A stretch of 64,000 nucleotides of DNA from Oculina patagonica (taxonomy: Eukaryota), in contig NC_135764.1 in NCBI RefSeq assembly GCF_052425735.1, forward strand, positions 20,522,001 through 20,586,000, read 5' to 3'. Numbering within the stretch: the first letter of the stretch is position 1; each line of letters opens with the position of its first letter. Below are positions 14,476-26,788 of this stretch, piece by piece. The position numbers and the translations under genes are program-made. The notes below the pieces were generated by a model. The model did not search any database and was not told the DNA's origin. It was given only the letters and a program-made list of their open reading frames with translations.

Positions 14476-14726
14476 TTAAGAGGAAGCCACGTCAGCTCTA
14501 GCCTGTTTTCATGCGGGTTCCTCTATCCAGGTCGAATTGGAATTTGAAAATGTTGAATTTTCAGGAGGGAGCAAAACCGGAGGACTTGGAGAAAAACCCT
14601 CAGAGTTAGGCGAGAACCAACAACAAACTCAACCCACATATAGCACTGGGCCTGATATGGCACTGGGCCGGAACTGAACCCGGGCCACATTGGTGGGAGG
14701 CGAACGCTCTCACCACTGCGCCATCC
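14476..14726 (-). mobile_element. tRNA-derived SINE with V-domain-like core
   Basis: The minus strand starts GGATGGCGCAGTGGTGAGAGCG (A box), then GGGTTCAGTTCC (B-box-like), then GTGGGTTGAGTTTGTTGTTGGTTCTC..GGGTTTTTCTCC..CTCCGGTTTT, resembling a V-SINE core. No tRNA acceptor stem is evident. Confidence 0.8.
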
Positions 14727-17700
14727 TTCCCCAAATAACTCTTAGTCAGTTAAGTCACCAATGGTGCATGTTCTGTCGTCTAAATCTCTCACAAAGTCAT
14801 CATCTTTCATTTTTGGTATATTATCACCTCTTTTGCGTTTTTCTGTTAAGTAATTTATGATCTTGAGGTGTCACACGATTTGAGGATAGTTTGTACATCA
14901 CTGAAGATTTAAACCTCATTTGCATGCTGCTAATAGTTAGGAGCCGCTTTTCACTCTTGTCTAGCCGACTTTTTAAACAAAACTGAACAGCGTCTAGACG
15001 TGTTCCCAAAACCCAAAACTTGGCAAGACAGGGATAACCAAATTATCGGCAGGGCAATCGGTTTTCTTAGCACAATCCACCCCTGACTTGACAAAACTAA
15101 AACAGTCCCCTTGCCAATATTTTATCCTTGTCAAGCCGATTTTTCCTGTAATGTAAATAGAGTTTTATTGTATCGTGACATACGCCTTAACTGCACAGAA
15201 ATCACATCAGATTTTGCAATATTAAGTGAAAAGCTTCAGAATTTTTTTCTGAGTTTCGTTATGGTTGAATCGTTGCGCAATTATTTCTTATTTGTAATCT
15301 AAAAGCTTCTTTTTTATGGAAAAGTCAGTTACAGGTTAAAGTGCATTTTTAGCGAATCTTAACGCCTTTCTTTTACAGTAAATATTTTATTCAGTAATAT
15401 GGCAATTTGTTATTGTTATGCAAACATTCTTATCGATACTGTGCTTTATACTGGTGAGAAATCAAAGCCGTTTAAAATATTTTACGTTTCAACTTGAGAA
15501 GAAGGAAAAAAAGGTTTTAGAGCTATTTTTAAATTTTAAGATATGACAAGAATGTTTTTTATTTTAAAATTATCTTCTTAAGTTATTGCGTTTTAAAATG
15601 TCATAAGGCCACCAAATTGTGTCTTAGTGACCACCAAGTCTTTCTGTCACATCAACATAATGGACATACAAGAAGTACTGTAGGTTTATAATAAAATGAA
15701 GACGTCTACTGAGCAAAAAATGTTGGGAAATTGTTTCATTTTTCATCATTTCCAGCCTAATACTGTAGCAACAATAACTTAACTTGATCGTTGCAATGGA
15801 AAATTTAAGCGAATTTTTCGTTTGCGAGCTAATTTCTTACCGCAGAGGCTACACTCTCTTAACACCCTGTATGTTATAAAGGCGATAGACAGATAGACTA
15901 CATGTAATTTTGTGCTAAAATACCGGTTCATCAGATTCTGTATTGTTCAAGCAAACCAAAAAGAGGTTGTCGTATTGATGTGAACGAACAAGCTCGAATT
16001 TTTTAGTGTTAAAACAAAGGTCGTTAAAGTCATATTGAACTGTGTGACAACTTAAGACAGTCATTAGAGTCTTCCTTGATATTTTACCACAACAATATGT
16101 AAATTACATTGACTACGTCAAAAGCTGACAGAGATACAGTGTCAACTTGAGAGTCTGTAGTTGACTCATTGCCGAACGAACGGAGATGTTTACGGTGCTA
16201 TTAACGCCCCCAGAAATGTAAGCAAACGCCCATTGGCTACACAACCAAGAAAACAAGCTCTTGACCTAGCAAATGCTATAGCGAAGAGGATATTTTCAGT
16301 TTCTTGGCGTGTAATGAACCTCGAGTAAGGCAAGTGGATTAATGCGATAGTTTTTGGATTTCAAGTCAAATTCATTCACTTAATTCATTTCCCAATTGGT
16401 TTGTAGAATAATGTTTAAAGGTTTAGTGCCCATGTTAACAGAAAGGTTGCTTAAATCTTCATGTGCAGCACTTTTCAGTCGCTAATAATATCGAGCTTGC
16501 TTGTTTTACTTCGAACCAGATCAGTTCATTTGTTCATTCAGTAAAATTTATATTACAAACTGCGATTTGTGTTACTCGCTAAAGTTTACCCATGACTAGA
16601 AATTTGCTCTAAATCGCTCTTTATTTCTCGATGGAATCTTGCAAGATAACGTTTCGAAATTGTAAAAGACAACAGATTTAGGCTTCATATTAAATACACG
16701 TGAATTATATTGCTAGTAGCGATAAAATCAGACACGTTGCGAACACACCCGTACAAAATTCTAGCCGTTATGTTTAAACTAAAGAGCTTTCAATATCTAC
16801 ATAACGAACTCAAATTAAAGAAACAATATTTTCTTCAAAAAACGGGGTCAAAAATGAATCGGATAAAACAAACATGAAAGCCTACGCATTTAATCAAACA
16901 TTTGACAGCATTTCAATAGGTCAAAGTGTCTGGAATGTAGCATTTTCCGCCATTCAAGAGTGAGCCAATATTAGTATGTCTAAAATCAACATAACAGCGC
17001 ACATAAGAAATTACCTTAGATCAATAACGATACTCTCCCAACTTCTTTATATATTTTTCTTAGTTCTTGCTGGAAGAATTTGGTTTTATCATCGCTTATT
17101 TTAAGTAAAAATGTTCTCTTCCAGAAAAGCTTAATTGATTTATCTTCATTTGATTTATTTATCATAACTTTCCCACGTGAATTAAGAATTATTTACCGCA
17201 GGAGTTGAAGAGTAGATAAGGATTAAACGCTGTGGATTAAGAGATAACTTTAATTTGGGAGAAAATTAATTTCGCGCAACGCTGGCAAAATACAGCAAGC
17301 GGAGTAAAAATTTCGCGCGAATATTTTTCGCAATATCAAAGTGACCATGCACACACAAACAAAGGAATGAAAGTACTTGTCTTCAAGTTTCTGATAGATA
17401 TTCCCGTTATTAAGTCTCCGAAAAGGAAACTGCAAAAGTCTTTAAAAAAAACTTTACTTTTAACTAAGACATCGACCGAAAACGCGCAAATGCTCAAGGT
17501 AAATGAATCGGTTTCACAGTCATCATGAAGTTGAAAAAAAAAACACTTTACATTATACAACCTCATGTAGACTAGACGCCGGACAGGACAGCTAACTAGT
17601 TAACTTACAGGAAATGTAAATTCGACAAGATCTGGTGAAGGATTTTGTTAAGCTTTTACTTAATAATAAATCATCGCATTGACTTACCGCGGTATCGAAG

Positions 17701-18158
17701 AGCATTTTATGATTGTGATATTGGCTACTAGGAATTCACCGACGCTCTCACCTAAAAAAAGAAACAAGAACGGAAATTTGTTGAGAGGAATGTGGATTAA
17801 CTAGAAGGGGAAAGTAATAAATATGTTTTTAATTGATCGTTACAACCGTGTACGTACTTAGGGGGATAGAGTTCCATAGAACACAACTCGTGTGATAGAT
17901 ATCGAAATTAATTATCAAATTTATTGAGGGCAGAGGCAATATTTTTGCTTGCTTCGCCATGCAGTTAACAGCTTAACGGGGTACATGGCAGTGGGCACAC
18001 AATTTTGAATGTTTTTTTTTTTTCTTGGTAGAAGCGGGGGTAGGGTGGGTACGTCTGTTACGTAGTGTTCTGGATGTTGTCCGGGTATCAGAGTAATTTT
18101 TCTAGCAGCAGGTGGAAATTTGATTTCACGTTGACATCCTCAGTTTGCATTTTTTTAA

Positions 18159-19118
18159 AAGGCTTGAATACAGAGACCTTAAGTTCAAACCAAAAACGTA
18201 CTAATGAAAAACATCATGAAAAAGCTAACGCAAAACTAACAAGCTAAGAAGGGTGTTTTGGCTTCGAGTTTCTGCCTAAACATAAAAGTGTTCATACTCA
18301 TTGCATAGAGCTTTAAAAATTTGCTGTAGTTTATATTGATTTTTTTGTTTACATTTTTTTGTGTTTTTTCCGGCGTCAACTCTTGTCACTTCCTTAAGTT
18401 ACCGTATACCTTTAGGGGTGTCTTCAGTCTAACAGATGTATCGCGTCCGGATTACATCACAGATGACTTAAATCCGTATCAAATTGAAAGATATAAAATT
18501 GCTTACAAGATGATGCTATTAAATTAATATTTTGATGAATCTGTGATTTTTCCACGGCTCCTCTTCGCAAACGTTTCAATCACCTCTGTTATGTCATAAC
18601 TCCAAAGGATTGCAAAATTACGGTGGTCTGATAGTTTCCAGAAAGTCCTCATCAAAGGCACTAAAAGTCGGCGTCGCCGTTTTCCATTCATTGATTTTAG
18701 CGAAAAGGCGTGCATAATTTTGTTAATCGAGAATAAGAAAAACTGGAGTACTTGAACGCGAATGCATGGCCATAAGTGACACAGTTTTGAGAATTCACGA
18801 ACACAATTTTTTGGGGTAATATGTTAATCTACTACCCCTCCAAATTTGACGAACATTGGATAAAGGTCCTTTGATTTAACTTTTTAAAAGACGCCTTTAT
18901 CAACCGAAATGTATCTTTCGAGAATATACAGCATGAGTAAGACTTCATATCTTACACAGCCTCCGTTCCGGGTAAAATCTCAGGCACTGGATTTCACCGT
19001 CACAATTTACTCCGATTTCTGCATAATTTTTTTTATACGAGGACAAGAGACTTGACGAGGATCAACATGCAAACTTCATATTTCAGCGGAAAAGAAATTT
19101 TGGAACAATTTAGGTCTT
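18159..19118. mobile_element. Kolobok-like non-autonomous element, TTAA TSD
   Basis: TTAA at 18155-18158 and 19119-19122. The imperfect TIR AAGGCTTGAAT versus AAGACCTAAAT differs by transitions only. Confidence 0.45.
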
Positions 19119-19287
19119 TTAAGGTCAACGGTAACTATAAGATATAAAGAGTTGCAGATGACGAATGCCTCAGGCACACATTGTTGTCATGAGATTGACG
19201 AGACCTTATTGAAATTGTCGTACTTTTTACCGGTATAGAATGGGCACGGTTAGCTTTCCCACGTAAAATTAGCATAAATTAGCCAGT

Positions 19288-19648
19288 TTATTTGTTTCAA
19301 GAATGATACTTTTATCGAGTCGAATGTTAAGGCATATAGGCGTGGGAATAGAAGAGAGCGGAGATAAAAAAAAAAGTTGCTTTGGCGACGAGAGGTAAAC
19401 AAATTAACGCTGAAAATTGTAACAAAAAAAAATCAATGTTTTAGCGATGGTGTAGGTGGTTGCAGCTTATTTGTTTCAGTAATGATACTTTGATGGTGTC
19501 GTACGTGGCCTGAGGCATAAATGCGTGGGCGGAAGGGAGCGGAGACCAAAAACCAGAAATTGTTGCTATGGAGACGCAAGGCAAACAAATAAACGTTGAA
19601 AATCGTAACAAAAATCAGTGTTTTAGTGAAGGTGAAAGTGGTTACAGT
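19288..19648. repeat. Diverged tandem duplication, about 180-bp unit x2
   Basis: Copies start TTATTTGTTTCA..AATGATACTTT at 19288 and 19467. They share GAGCGGAGA, GTTGCTWTGGMGAC, AAACAAATWAACG and AAAATCARTGTTTTAG. Confidence 0.85.
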
Positions 19649-22083
19649 TCAAACGACATGAATAACAAATGAGACATAATGACCGTGTCAAAAGCCACAC
19701 GTTTACTCACTTCGTAGCCAAAAATAATAACCTTAACACTTGCGCTGCAAAACTGAACGTTTTTACGAAGTTTCTGTAATATTTGCGGGTATCCGCCTTC
19801 TCTAACAATGTCGTTTACTGCAAGCTCCCGTTTCAGCAAGTGAAAATTGATCCGTTTCGTTTATTAAAAAAACGTCAGTTTTTCAGTTTTAAAAAATATT
19901 GGAATTTTTATAACACCTAAACGAGTCTATAGATTTATGAAGGAACGGTTTACTTTTCAATATTTATTCCATTCACTAGGTGGAAAAACCATAGTCGCCT
20001 CCAGCTGTATCAAATTTAACTCTGTTATGCTTCACGATTAAGAGAAACAAGGAGGTACTCGAAACATCGAAAATCCGTGGCTAACAGGCTAATCTTCATA
20101 AGCTATCAGTGATTTAATAGCTTAGCTCCAAAAAGTCGTGTTCTAGCGACACTTAATCCTTGTTATCCCACAGAATGAGAATTCAGAAATTGCATTAGGT
20201 TAGAGGTTGATTTATCTATTTCTATTCCTTTTGAGTATTCTAAATGCAAAGCCAGCAAAAACCTTATTGTGGACGCGAAATTAAAAATCTTATCTTTGTA
20301 AAAACCGACAAAAGAAGTCCGCTTATTATTTCATATCCTCTCGCCGTCCCTTGTACAAATTATATACTCGCTCAATCGCTGTCGATCAATTTCTTTATTA
20401 TCCTTGTAGCAATTGAAGTTCGCTGGCAGCGCGTCACATAACAGATGAGTTCGCTTTGAGGTTAAAGAAACGTCACAAAAGACGAAATGAAAAGGCGAAA
20501 TCACGATAAAAGGAAATCCTTTCACAACAAATAATCCACGCAAATCCGTTGAATGGGATTCTTTAGAATGAAATCTGTAAAAGCCGCAGGCTGAGGAAAT
20601 AACTAATGGAGCTGTCAATCGGAAGAAACAATAAAAAAAAGTTATACATTTATCCTGATATCCGAAATAAAAGATATTTATCAATTGGATCGAAGGAAAA
20701 CAACTCAGTCGTACACGGAATTGCGTCCAATATCGTTTTGGTCACAGTGAAGGGAAAAAAAACAAGTCCGCAGAAAAATTCAGAGTGGCAGTTGGGGAGA
20801 ATAGCGAGGCAAGTAAGATATTCTACAAGGTAAATATTGCAAGATTTGTTTTTTTTTTTTCCTTTGTTAGCTTGTTTCATTTTCAAAAGAACTTCACGGA
20901 GGACCAGATATATTTCAGTTTTTCAAAGCTAGCTTTGGCAAAATTCCTCCTATTCACGACAAGGGTGCCTAACCTTTGGGGGTTTTTTATCAGAAAAACG
21001 CCGATCATTCACAGTAACTTCTGCGAAGAAAATTCAGTGAAAAATGCACGCTGTTCTCACAGAAAAAGCTCTAAAACTGACCTAAATTTAAGCCGAGGGA
21101 AACATTGGACTCTTTCAACGGAAAGCCTCGCAGCCTGGTAAAATTGGAAGAAAATTGAAATGCCTATCGTCAAATTAAGTGCGTGTACTGTATAAAAGAA
21201 GGGTGTCAAAGATCAAGTGGAGAAATGTTTCTCCGTAATAGACGAAATGCTACCTTATTTTGTGCATTCAACATTCAAAGCTAGTAATTCTTCATTTTTT
21301 TAAGACCCTCGGGTGTAAACTAGATTCACCGCCTTGTCAAAATCAACACTATAAAGTACACCTTGCACCAATTAAATCTTTTTGTTTTCAATACAATTCA
21401 CAATAACAACTAACAGCATTCAGCAAAAATTCAACTTTTTTTCAAAAAAAAAATCTTTGACTTTTAAGACCTTTGTTTGATCTGATGACAAGAAATTTGC
21501 GGTCAGTATTCAGATCTTTTATTAGCTTGACACGCTCGTGCGAAGACTCATGCAGTTAACGTACTTAAGTTAGACTCTTGTAGAACCTTTTGTGTTGCGT
21601 CAGTCACATTTATACGTATTTAAACAGAAATATCCGATTTGTAATGACTCAAAATAACTTTTTTGCGATGTCTATATTGAAAGAGGAACCGTCGAGAGGA
21701 AATTGCGTTTACCTTTTGTTTAATAATTAACTGGATTTAACAAGAAAATTGGAAGAGAATCTGGGTACACGGAAAGAGCTGATGAGACATAAAAGACTGA
21801 GAAAAAACCTCTCACAGCAAAACAATGTAGAATCGTGAACTAAAGGCCAAGAAATATACAATTTGCTTAACAAGAAATGGTTGAAAACTCACGATCAAAC
21901 ACTGTATTAGAAATTCGCCTTCTACAAAATTATCATTTTCTTTTCGGATTAGATCCAAATTGACAAGTCTAAATTTCCAAACGTGCTCTTTGAATTTACG
22001 GCAGTTGTCAACAATCAAGTGAATTGAACGAGCCTATCAAATTCCGTTTGGACAATATGACAATTTTTTCCTCTTTCGCATAA

Positions 22084-22448
22084 AGGAACTGTGTTACGCC
22101 TGAGTTTAGTCTATTTTATTAAGTTTTGCCAAATGTCAGCGAAGAAATTACTTCTATGGATCTAAAACTAAAAAATAAGTGACAAAACCATAGCTGCATT
22201 GCAAACAAATATGTCTCCCGTGCTTTGTAATTAAAAGTTACAAACAAACGAGATCAACTTTGAAAACTGCTCAGCCTCAGAGTTTTTCAAACCCCATATC
22301 AAAATCTGTTTTTATCATCTTCAGTTTTTGTCCATCCGTACGTTCTTTTGTATTTATTGTGTTACTGAAATGTTCCCACGCTGTTTAAGCGGTTATTTTT
22401 AATTCGGTGGCCTTTCTTTTATGTCTAAAAATCCGTGCCACAGTTCCT
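22084..22448. mobile_element. Kolobok-like MITE
   Basis: TIR AGGAACTGTG.. / ..CACAGTTCCT with TTAA-like flanks (ATAA left, TAA right). A decayed relative lies at about 57351-57660. Confidence 0.7.
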
Positions 22449-23688
22449 TAAGTTTTGAAGGATATACAACCACAGTAATTAACTTTTTGATTACAAGTTG
22501 GTGTTCTCGCTAACAACATTTCGAGCGGACAGCTGTAGCCGACAAAAACACACAAAGTTCGAAGTTTTTCAAAAGTACTGGAGGTGATAATCGAATAAAA
22601 CAATAAAAGTAAAGGTTTTTTCACTATAGGCTGTAATGTGTACATCAAAATACTCTTTGTTTAATTGTTATTGTGCTAAAAGATTTCATTGTCACCAAAC
22701 GAATGTTTCATTTTCTTTGTTTCTTGCAAAAAAGCGTGCTTGTTGCTGTCCTCAGTAACAAGATGGTCTGTACAGCGTTCATAACTGACAAATAATCAAA
22801 CTTTTAGCTGACAACGAGCTAGCTTTTTAACAGAAAAAATTTGCCTCTCGTTCACCACCCAAACTGTTGTTTCAGCCGGAAATCCGTCTGTGTTCAGGCT
22901 AATGGATAGATGGCACACCTGGTCTCATACGCCCCTATTTAGCCCTGACACGAGGAAATTAGCGCGTGTAGCTATATATAGTAACATGTCAATAAAAACA
23001 ACAAGCTATAGCTGTTTGTAGAGACAAAAGTACATGCGCAAGAGTCACGCAAGGTTCAGAATGCAACTTCATAAAACGAAAAGGTGCTTCACTAAATAAC
23101 TCTTTTTGCATAGAAGAGTAGCACTATCTCGCCAGAAATCTATAAAACTGACCACGACCTTACCATGAAACGAACGTGCTCGTATTTTGTAAGTGAATCA
23201 AGATTTTTTGTTAACAAATAAAAATGTCCGTTTTTCCTTTTGTTTTTCCTCGCAGGAGACCCAGCAGACGACTAAGAAGCAACGTCTATTTGTAACAGAA
23301 ACAGCTGTGGCTTAAACTCAGCAGCGAATCAGTGAGAATCAAGGATTAATTGTTGGGCCTCTGAACAAGAAAAAGCTGTGCGTTTGAATTCATTAGTCAC
23401 GTGACTTCCTCTTCAAGAAAAGCTTAAACTCAAAGTTACGGTCTTGCTGGAAACCTTATAACTGAGTGAATCAAGTGGCATTCTCGCTTCTGAATTGCTT
23501 GTCAAAGAGAACTCAAGAAAAAGAACAAAAGAACAAACTGCAGACTTGGGCATCATTTGATGTAAGACAACAAAGACAAATTGACTTCAGGAAAACATCT
23601 TTGGCAAGAAACGCCACAGGCCATTTTAGCACTTTAGTGTACATTAGCCAAACAATCCTCTCTTCGTGTAGTGAGAATTAAACCAAAC

Positions 23689-24840
23689 ATGAATAACACA
23701 ACTTACAACGGAACGGGTGATAATAACGGTAGCCCGGGTGGCTCGGAATTGGAAGATCAACTCTTTCTGGCCTATTACGTCATCTTGTTGGTTCTAACAG
23801 TGGCGGGAAACACTCTGGTTTGCGTGGCCATCTACGTCGACATACGCCTGCGCAGTCCCACTAACTGGTTCATTGCGTCACTGGCGGTCAGCGACTTGTT
23901 GTACGGGCTCGCTGGGCTACCGTTCCGAATCGCGTCCCACGTGACACCCATGACGAGTTCTGAGGTGTGCTCTTTGTGGATTTGGATTGACATGGTGTGT
24001 GCTGCGGCCTCTATGGCTAACTTAGCAGTGATATCAGTAGACAGATACTTGAAAATAACCAAGCCGTTCTGTTACCATAGAAACATGACCAGAAAGCGCT
24101 CGCTTCTGGCTATTGGTGGAGTGTGGGTATATGCAGCCACTTTGGCAACGTTTGCTATAATCAAGTGGCCTGGTGCTGGGGGAGTGATAATAGAGTACGA
24201 AATTTGCCGCAATGACAACAAAGTGTTCTATACGGTAGCTAACATAGTCGCCTTCCTATCACCGCTCACAGTGTTGATTGCCAGTTACACTATGATCTTC
24301 CGCACGGCCTTGGCCCAGTTCAACAAAATGAAGCACATGATTGTGAGTACTAGCACTAAAGAAGACAGACACAAGCAGAAAAGCGTCGTGCGCGACTTCA
24401 AAGCCACCAAGACGCTTGCCGTGGTACTGGGTACGTTCACCGTGTGCTGGGCGCCGTTTTTTATCATGTTCACCATTTCTCAATACAATCCAGATTATCT
24501 GATGGGCCTTCCACGAGGTGTGGCCCTGGCATTCTACTTCATATTTTTCTTGATTTTACCGAACCTCAACAGCGCTTGCAATCCAGTGATTTACGCGTAC
24601 TTTAATGCTGAATTTCGACGTGCTTTTAGAAAGATTGTGTGGTCCTCTTGCGAGGGAGAACTTGTCGATCAGGGTAGTCACAAAAAGAGAAGACGAAGTT
24701 CCCTGACAAGCTTTTTTCAAACGACTTTCGCACGACGTAACAGCCCTAATGCGGCTGGAAGTGATAAGAATCATAATAGTTCTGGTGACGATGAAAGGAC
24801 TATCCTGAATGGAGAAACTACTTTAGTCACACAAGTGTGA
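23689..24840 (+). CDS. Class A (rhodopsin-like) GPCR, aminergic-receptor-like orphan, single coding exon, 383 aa
   Basis: Seven hydrophobic segments carry GN (TM1), SLAVSD (TM2), C3.25, D3.32 and DRY (TM3), W4.50, FLSP (TM5), KTLAVV..CWAPFF (TM6), NSACNPVIY (TM7) and helix 8 FRRAF. The N-terminus MNNTTYNGT has N-glycosylation sequons. First ATG is 23689; the ORF track start at 23671 is GTG. A strong acceptor (tttttccttttgtttttcctcgcag) ends at 23255, so the exon includes about 430 nt of 5'UTR. Confidence 0.95.
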   Translation: MNNTTYNGTGDNNGSPGGSELEDQLFLAYYVILLVLTVAGNTLVCVAIYVDIRLRSPTNWFIASLAVSDLLYGLAGLPFRIASHVTPMTSSEVCSLWIWIDMVCAAASMANLAVISVDRYLKITKPFCYHRNMTRKRSLLAIGGVWVYAATLATFAIIKWPGAGGVIIEYEICRNDNKVFYTVANIVAFLSPLTVLIASYTMIFRTALAQFNKMKHMIVSTSTKEDRHKQKSVVRDFKATKTLAVVLGTFTVCWAPFFIMFTISQYNPDYLMGLPRGVALAFYFIFFLILPNLNSACNPVIYAYFNAEFRRAFRKIVWSSCEGELVDQGSHKKRRRSSLTSFFQTTFARRNSPNAAGSDKNHNSSGDDERTILNGETTLVTQV

Positions 24841-25458
24841 CGTGACGCCACGGACGGTCACGCAGTAATTGCTTAAAGTGTAACGCAAGTGTGAACTCGG
24901 TGATTTCTCTCAGTCAAGTGAATCGCAACAGCATGGAATGTCACGCAATTCTTTCTCGAGTTGTAACGTACCTCGAACGATTACGCCGGTCACGCACAAT
25001 AATTTCGTTGCAAACATACGGTACATGTGACATCAAATGATCATGAAAAGGTTGGGCAAGTAGTTATTGCGTTACAATGCGCATATAACACATCATGGTC
25101 ATAGTAATGTTTTAACGTCAGAGAAATTGTCAAGTGACAATTAAATTTTTCGAGACTTGAATTCATTGATGTTACCATGGTGACAATGATTTTACCTTTC
25201 TGAAATCGCGCATCTGTTCGCAGATACAAATAATCTTAGCTTGTACAAATTTTTACAAAAACAATGTGTAGAAATGTTACATGTGAAACGTTATATATAT
25301 CACTATATGTTACATATACACAGAGACAAATTTGATGTTTACTCAAATGAACTTGATGGCATTTTTATCCAATCAATAATAATTGTGTACAAAGATGAGC
25401 CATTAAAATTTCTTAGTAAATTACTTTGTTGATTTTATTTCTTGACCATGTTTTAATC

Positions 25459-25890
25459 CCCAGGAGGGGGGATACTCCCTATAATGGCCTATAAGGGGAG
25501 GCTCCGCCAGAAAGGGTTACCTTTTTCAGGCTTTAGGTATATAAAAGGGTAGGGATTTCACGAGTTTAAGTATATGAAAGGGTATGGAAATCTGTCATTT
25601 GGCTATTTAAAAGGGCCTTTAATTAAAATATTTCGAACAGAAGCAATTTATGGCTGTATTATTTTAATTTATTAAGTGCTACATAAAAATGACAAGAAGA
25701 CGTCCTATTTTAAGTCCAGGCCCCATCATACTCTTAGGTATATGAAAGGGGTACCGGTACCTTTTTTCAGTTAAAGGTATACAAAAGGGGTACAATTTCT
25801 GTCAAAAATGGTATATAAAAGGGTAAGGGGTTTGAACTTGGGGAAGAGCCTCCCCGTATAAAACTTTTTTGAGTACCCCCCCCCCCAGGG
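25459..25890. mobile_element. MITE with CCC(A/G)GGGGGG termini and imperfect 8-bp TSD
   Basis: TIR CCCAGGAGGGGGATACTC / GAGTACCCCCCCCCCCAGGG; flanks TTTTAATC and GTTTAATT; internal AAAGGGT subrepeats. Confidence 0.8.
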
Positions 25891-25907
25891 GTTTAATTGG
25901 CAAAGTA

Positions 25908-26099
25908 ATACTATTATGGAATCCAGATTTTTCGAACCCTTGATTTTTCGAAACTCCTGATAACTAGAACCAAATGTCATTTTCCTTCCCTCAGTCAGAC
26001 ACTTAACTTTTTCCTCTAATTTCTCTAACTTCCTGATTTCTTAGAAGAATAATTTTCCTTTCCCTTGCCTGGAGGTTCAAAAAATTGTATTTCATTGTA
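25908..26099. mobile_element. Decayed Tc1/mariner-type MITE (TTCGAA subrepeats)
   Basis: GGAATCCAGATTTTTCGAACC at the left and GGTTCAAAAAATTGTATTTCATTGTA at the right form a degraded inverted repeat. Confidence 0.55.
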
Positions 26100-26553
26100 C
26101 AGTAAACACCCGCGTGTAAGAACCTAGTGGTTTAAGAACCTGCTGGCAGAAATTTGCCATTTTAATACCCCAAAATATAAGAACCTGTTTAGCCCAGCAA
26201 ATTTGAGCTGGTTCTTATATGTGGGTTATAGAAAATTTTTATAAACATTTTTAACAGAACATCCCAAACTGTATTTACAAATAAAGAAAAGAAAGATTCA
26301 CATAGACTGTAATTGTCTTCTTTGGACCTTGCATGAGGCTTGAAGCAATACAGTTATGAATAAATGCTGTATAATGAAGGACCAAACCCATTTTTTTTCT
26401 TCTCGTACAATTAAAAACTATGGCTCCTCCTTAGAAATTAAGAACCTTATTAAGAACCTACTTAGCCTAAATTACCAATAACTACCCTCAAATACAAGAA
26501 CCTATTTTGCCAAACTTAGAAAATTGTAGGTTCTTACACGCGGGTGTTTACTG
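26100..26553. mobile_element. Tc1/mariner-type MITE, TA TSD
   Basis: Perfect 27-bp TIR CAGTAAACACCCGCGTGTAAGAACCTA, TA on both sides, and internal AAGAACCT subrepeats. Confidence 0.9.
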
Positions 26554-26788
26554 TATTCTGCACCTACATTTACTAACAGATAAAACTTGCCCGTCCACAT
26601 GGCCATTTTAGTTTAATTCTATTGTAAAACAAAACAGGCATCACTTAGGAGAATCACTTTATCATCATTTTTTCCTGGCATTAAACCTCCTTTGCCGGCA
26701 ATTATTTGGGTCATCACTGAGGAAAAGTGTTGACGTGGCGTGACTAAAATAATAGTTTTAAATAATGAAACTAGTCACAAGCCTGGAT

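Noticed and set aside
14650-14726. tRNA gene
   Set aside because: The tRNA-like head continues into a SINE core and lacks an acceptor stem, so I called it a SINE.
21482-21505. CTGATGA..GAAA hammerhead cores (also 27488, 42931)
   Set aside because: No plausible stem II or stem I pairing.
23671-23688. ORF-track start of the GPCR at GTG
   Set aside because: This is a eukaryotic gene; the first in-frame ATG is 23689, giving the typical MNNTT glycosylated N-terminus.
23832-24774. Minus-strand ORFs overlapping the GPCR
   Set aside because: They are antisense shadows of the real CDS with no independent motifs.
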